A stretch of 64,000 bases of DNA from Methanomicrobiales archaeon (GTDB lineage: Archaea; Halobacteriota; Methanomicrobia; Methanomicrobiales; Methanospirillaceae). Of this stretch, positions 60,516 to 64,000 are shown one piece after another. The stretch is from contig JBAXJR010000005.1 of NCBI GenBank assembly GCA_037137755.1, positions 23,026 to 87,025 on the forward strand, in the 5' to 3' direction. Within the stretch, counting starts at the first letter, position 1, and the number at the start of each line of letters is the position of its first letter. The notes beneath the pieces are model-generated. The model was not told the origin of the DNA and did no database searches. It worked only from the letters and a program-made list of their open reading frames with translations. The translations under genes and the position numbers were made by a program.

Positions 60516-60884
60516 ATGGTAACAGTTCTTCTTATTGAGGATTCGGCTTTTCAGCGTAAGATCATTTCAGGTATTGTGAAGGATCTTGGTTATGACATTA
60601 TCACCGCAGACAATGGACACGAGGGTGTTGAACGTATCCTCAACGATAAACCTGCAATTATTCTCAGTGATCTCCTCATGCCTGAGTATGACGGGATCTG
60701 GGTACTTGAACAACTGAAAGCGAGTGGTATAAAAACTCCGGTTATTGTTGTCACATCGGATGTGCAAACCAGTACAAAGGACCAATGTATGAGCCTGGGG
60801 GCATTCGGGTACCTTAATAAACCTGTCCAGAAGGACCTTCTCAAGTCTGAGATGGGAAAGGCACTTGCTGGTGGAACGAGATGA
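60516..60884 (+). CDS. CheY-like single-domain response regulator
   Basis: LLIEDS, SDLLMPEYDG, VTS, LNKP. Confidence 0.9.
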   Translation: MVTVLLIEDSAFQRKIISGIVKDLGYDIITADNGHEGVERILNDKPAIILSDLLMPEYDGIWVLEQLKASGIKTPVIVVTSDVQTSTKDQCMSLGAFGYLNKPVQKDLLKSEMGKALAGGTR

Positions 60885-61489
60885 AAGAGATCGACGCAGA
60901 AGCGATTGATGCGATCCGGGAGATAGTAAATATCGGGGTCGGCAGGGCTGCCGGCCAGCTCCAGGAGATGACCGGGTCCCATATACGCCTCCAGATCCCG
61001 AATATCACGATTGTTCCATTTGATGAGATCACAACAGTCGGGAACACCCTCATTTCAGGAGACACGTTATCGGCTGTGCTCCTGGATTTCAAGGGCACAT
61101 TCTCCGGGATCAGTGCGGTGGTATTCCCCCCTGAAAGTGCAGCAGCGCTTGTCATGCTTCTCACCGGAGAACAGGAAAAAAGTCCTGAACTTGATGCAAT
61201 GAGAATTGAGGCATTAAAAGAGGTAGGGAATATCATCATTAACGCGGTGATGGGCTCAATTGCAAACATTCTATCAGAACACCTGATATATTCAATACCC
61301 GTGTATTATGAAGGCCCGATGGTAACTCTTGCAGGATTAAGAAGAAAAAATGTACGTGATGAATGTGTGCTCCTGGCACGCACCAATTTTATGGTCGAGA
61401 AACTCAATATCGAAGGAGATATTCTCCTGATCCTTGAGATAGGGTCCCTTGAAGCGCTTGTTACGAGCATCAACAGGGCTTCAGCCTGA
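60881..61489 (+). CDS. cheC: CheC-family phosphatase
   Basis: DAIREIVNIGVGRAA and EALKEVGNI (two ExxN motifs). Confidence 0.85.
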   Translation: MKEIDAEAIDAIREIVNIGVGRAAGQLQEMTGSHIRLQIPNITIVPFDEITTVGNTLISGDTLSAVLLDFKGTFSGISAVVFPPESAAALVMLLTGEQEKSPELDAMRIEALKEVGNIIINAVMGSIANILSEHLIYSIPVYYEGPMVTLAGLRRKNVRDECVLLARTNFMVEKLNIEGDILLILEIGSLEALVTSINRASA

Positions 61490-61505
61490 CGAGGTCCCAG
61501 AAAAA

Positions 61506-62627
61506 ATGGAAGAACACCAGGATGACAACGTACTATTCCGGCTCCTTGACCTGATCCCAAACGGGATCGTTGTGATACAGTCTGACTATTCGATATTTTT
61601 TTGGAACGCCTGCATGGCCGAATGGACGGGTGTATCCCCGGATGAGGCAGAAGGTACAAATTTGATCGAGAGATACCCTGCGTTAAAAAATCCCATGGTA
61701 TATACGAGGATCGCCCAGCTTTTTGATGGCGGTCCTGCAGTGTTGTTCTCATCTTCGTTCCATCCGCACCTGATACCCTGTAAGTTCCCGAATGGGGACC
61801 TTCGTGTAGAGAAGATCTCATTTATTCCCTTTCACCAGTCAACAGGGAAGTTCGCCCTGGTATTGATCGAGGACATGTCCGGCCTTACACACCAGGTGAT
61901 GGCATACCGTGAAATGAAAAAGGTTGCCGAGACTCAGCTTGATACCTTGAAGAAGGCCCAGGATGCAATTTATCTCGCAAATAAAAAATTGAACCTCCTA
62001 AACAGCATCACACGCCATGATATCAACAACCAGCTGACTGTGCAGATAGGATACCTCGAAATCCTCGAAGATATGAAGATCGATACCGTACAGAAAGAGT
62101 ATTTCCTTCGGGTTACCAACGCCGCAAAGCGCATCTCTTCCATGATCCAGTTCACCAAGGAATACGAAAAAATCGGCGTGAATGCCCCTGCCTGGCAGGA
62201 TGCCCGAACACTCGCGGATGCTGCGGCAAAGGAGGTAGCGCTTGGGAATGTTGTGGTGAAAAACGATTTGGCTGCCGGAATGGAAGTGTTTGCAGACCCA
62301 TTGATTATCAAGGTATTTTTCAACCTGATGGACAACGCGGTTCGGTACGGCGGGAAGATCACGACCATTCGTTTCTCTGTTAAAGAACTCGCTGGAGTTA
62401 CTATTCTTCTCTGTGAGGACGATGGCAACGGGATCCCTGTTGAAGAGAAGGAACGGATCTTCGAACGTGGATTCGGAAAAAACACCGGTATGGGTTTGTT
62501 CCTTTCCCGCGAGATCCTTGATATCACCGGGATTACGATAACCGAGACTGGGGAACCGGGTAAGGGTGCACGGTTCGAGATGGTTGTGCCGAAAAGTACT
62601 TGGCGTATCGCAGAGAAGTGCAACTGA
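61506..62627 (+). CDS. PAS histidine kinase
   Basis: PAS (FFWNACMAEWTG...FHPHL), ITRHDINNQL, DNAVRYG. Confidence 0.9.
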   Translation: MEEHQDDNVLFRLLDLIPNGIVVIQSDYSIFFWNACMAEWTGVSPDEAEGTNLIERYPALKNPMVYTRIAQLFDGGPAVLFSSSFHPHLIPCKFPNGDLRVEKISFIPFHQSTGKFALVLIEDMSGLTHQVMAYREMKKVAETQLDTLKKAQDAIYLANKKLNLLNSITRHDINNQLTVQIGYLEILEDMKIDTVQKEYFLRVTNAAKRISSMIQFTKEYEKIGVNAPAWQDARTLADAAAKEVALGNVVVKNDLAAGMEVFADPLIIKVFFNLMDNAVRYGGKITTIRFSVKELAGVTILLCEDDGNGIPVEEKERIFERGFGKNTGMGLFLSREILDITGITITETGEPGKGARFEMVVPKSTWRIAEKCN

Positions 62628-64000
62628 TGCCAGATACACTCCGGGTCCTCTATGTCGACGACGAACCAGGTCTCCTGGAGATCGGGAAGCTATTTTTAGA
62701 GGGATCCGGTTGTTTCAGCGTTGACACCATTACCTCTGCACCCACTGCACTTACTCTCATGAATGCCACGAAATACGATGCCATCATCTCTGATTACCAG
62801 ATGCCGGGCATGGATGGCATACAGTTTTTAAAGAGTGTAAGGGCTTCGGGCAATGCCATCCCGTTTATCCTGTTCACGGGAAGAGGACGCGAAGAGATTG
62901 TTATCCAGGCCTTGAACGAAGGAGCGAATTTTTATCTCCAGAAAGGCGGCGAGCCTGAAGCTCAGTTTGCCGAACTGGTCCACAAGATCCAGATCGCAGT
63001 CGAACATCACCGGGCCGTAGAAAAAATACACGCACTGAACAGGTTGTATTCAGTACTTTCTTCAACCAATAAAGCTATTTTCCACATCCAGACAAAGAGG
63101 GAGTTTTTTTATGAAATTTGCAGGATTCTCGTCGAAACCGGGGGTTTCCGCATGGCCTGGATTGGGCTTGCTGACCGGGTGCAAAAAACCATCCGACCGG
63201 TTGCATCAGCCGGGTATGTCGATGGATACCTTGATAGCATCAACATCTCCACCGAAGATGTCCCCCGGGGCCGGGGACCGACCGGCACAGCATTCCGGGA
63301 AGGCAAGTACTTCTGGTCTAACGATATTACAATGGATCCACGCATGGAACCATGGCGGGAAAACGCCCTGAAACGTGGTTACCTCGCAAATGCGGCATTC
63401 GCTTTTGCCCTCGGAACAAAAAACGCTGGTGTTCTATCCCTTTATGCACCGGTCACGGGATTTTTTGACGGGCCGATCATCGATCTTCTTGAGGAGTTAG
63501 CCGTTGATATCTCTTTTTACCTCAGGACAATAGACGATCAGAATGATCGGAAACGTTCTGATGAGGAACTTCTGAGAAAAAGCGAAGAACTGTGGGCCTC
63601 CTACGAGAAACTGAATGCAACGAATGAAGAACTTCGTCACACGATGGATGAGCTGGCAGGGAGTGAAAAACTCTTCCGTACCCTTTTCCAGGAGATGCTT
63701 AACGGTTTTGCAGTCCACGAGATTATCTGCGATGAGAACGGCAAGCCTCAGGATTACCGCTTTATTGATGTGAACCCGGCGTTTGAGCGGATGACCGATC
63801 TCCACCGTGAGGACTTGATCGGCAAAACTGTGCGTGAAGTGCTACCGGGTATAGAATCCCTCTGGATCGAGCGGTATGGGCGTGTTGCCCTCACGGGATC
63901 CACGGACCATTTTGAGAACTATTCCGGGGACTTAGGCAGGTCCTTTGAAGTAACCGTATACCAGAATGCTCCTTATCAGTTCACGACCGTGATATCCGAC
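62627..64000 (+). CDS. REC-GAF-PAS signalling protein, runs off the window
   Basis: Manual translation from TGATG: MPDTLRVLYVDDEPGLLEIGKLFLE...SDYQMPGMDG, GAF (GGFRMAWIG...GRGPTGTAFREG), PAS (DYRFIDVNPAFE). Confidence 0.88.
   Translation, partial: MPDTLRVLYVDDEPGLLEIGKLFLEGSGCFSVDTITSAPTALTLMNATKYDAIISDYQMPGMDGIQFLKSVRASGNAIPFILFTGRGREEIVIQALNEGANFYLQKGGEPEAQFAELVHKIQIAVEHHRAVEKIHALNRLYSVLSSTNKAIFHIQTKREFFYEICRILVETGGFRMAWIGLADRVQKTIRPVASAGYVDGYLDSINISTEDVPRGRGPTGTAFREGKYFWSNDITMDPRMEPWRENALKRGYLANAAFAFALGTKNAGVLSLYAPVTGFFDGPIIDLLEELAVDISFYLRTIDDQNDRKRSDEELLRKSEELWASYEKLNATNEELRHTMDELAGSEKLFRTLFQEMLNGFAVHEIICDENGKPQDYRFIDVNPAFERMTDLHREDLIGKTVREVLPGIESLWIERYGRVALTGSTDHFENYSGDLGRSFEVTVYQNAPYQFTTVISD

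Noticed and set aside
1-64000. tRNA, rRNA, integrase or cas genes
   Set aside because: None were recognised by eye. tRNAscan-SE and Infernal would be needed to exclude small RNAs.

Overview
Archaeal chromosomal DNA from a methanogen, most likely Methanomicrobiales (Methanoregula/Methanolinea-like). The assignment rests on atwA (MCR component A2), DUF2124/DUF2150-type genes, TBP, Orc1/Cdc6 and the expanded REC-PAS-'TRHDxxNxL' histidine kinases. All family calls come from motif recognition by eye, not from database searches. The left 27 kb holds thiI, an apparently catalytically dead type IIG-like methyltransferase, dinB and a bacterial-type partner-switching module (STAS, 5TM-PP2C phosphatase, RsbW-like kinase) coupled to an MBL-fold/HATPase-like fusion. 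It also holds a CxxC-type cooS, a DUF134-DUF169-atwA-cupin unit with a shared operator-like motif, YHS/YeeE genes and a toxin-antitoxin pair. The right 37 kb is a signal-transduction island. It contains a CHASE4 kinase, a CheB-CheR fusion followed by three tandem paralogous kinases (one lacking the phospho-His), an amber-interrupted hybrid kinase and a zone of gene remnants (cdc6, HATPase, ComEC, YafQ-like) around an intact TBP. It ends with a cytoplasmic chemoreceptor with 10.5 tandem 273-bp HAMP-pair repeats plus cheW, an HTH-PAS regulator and a CheY-CheC-kinase unit. The best candidates for an undescribed system are the sigma-less partner-switching/MBL module and possible CheB/CheR methylation of kinase coiled coils. 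No rRNA, tRNA or CRISPR array was seen.
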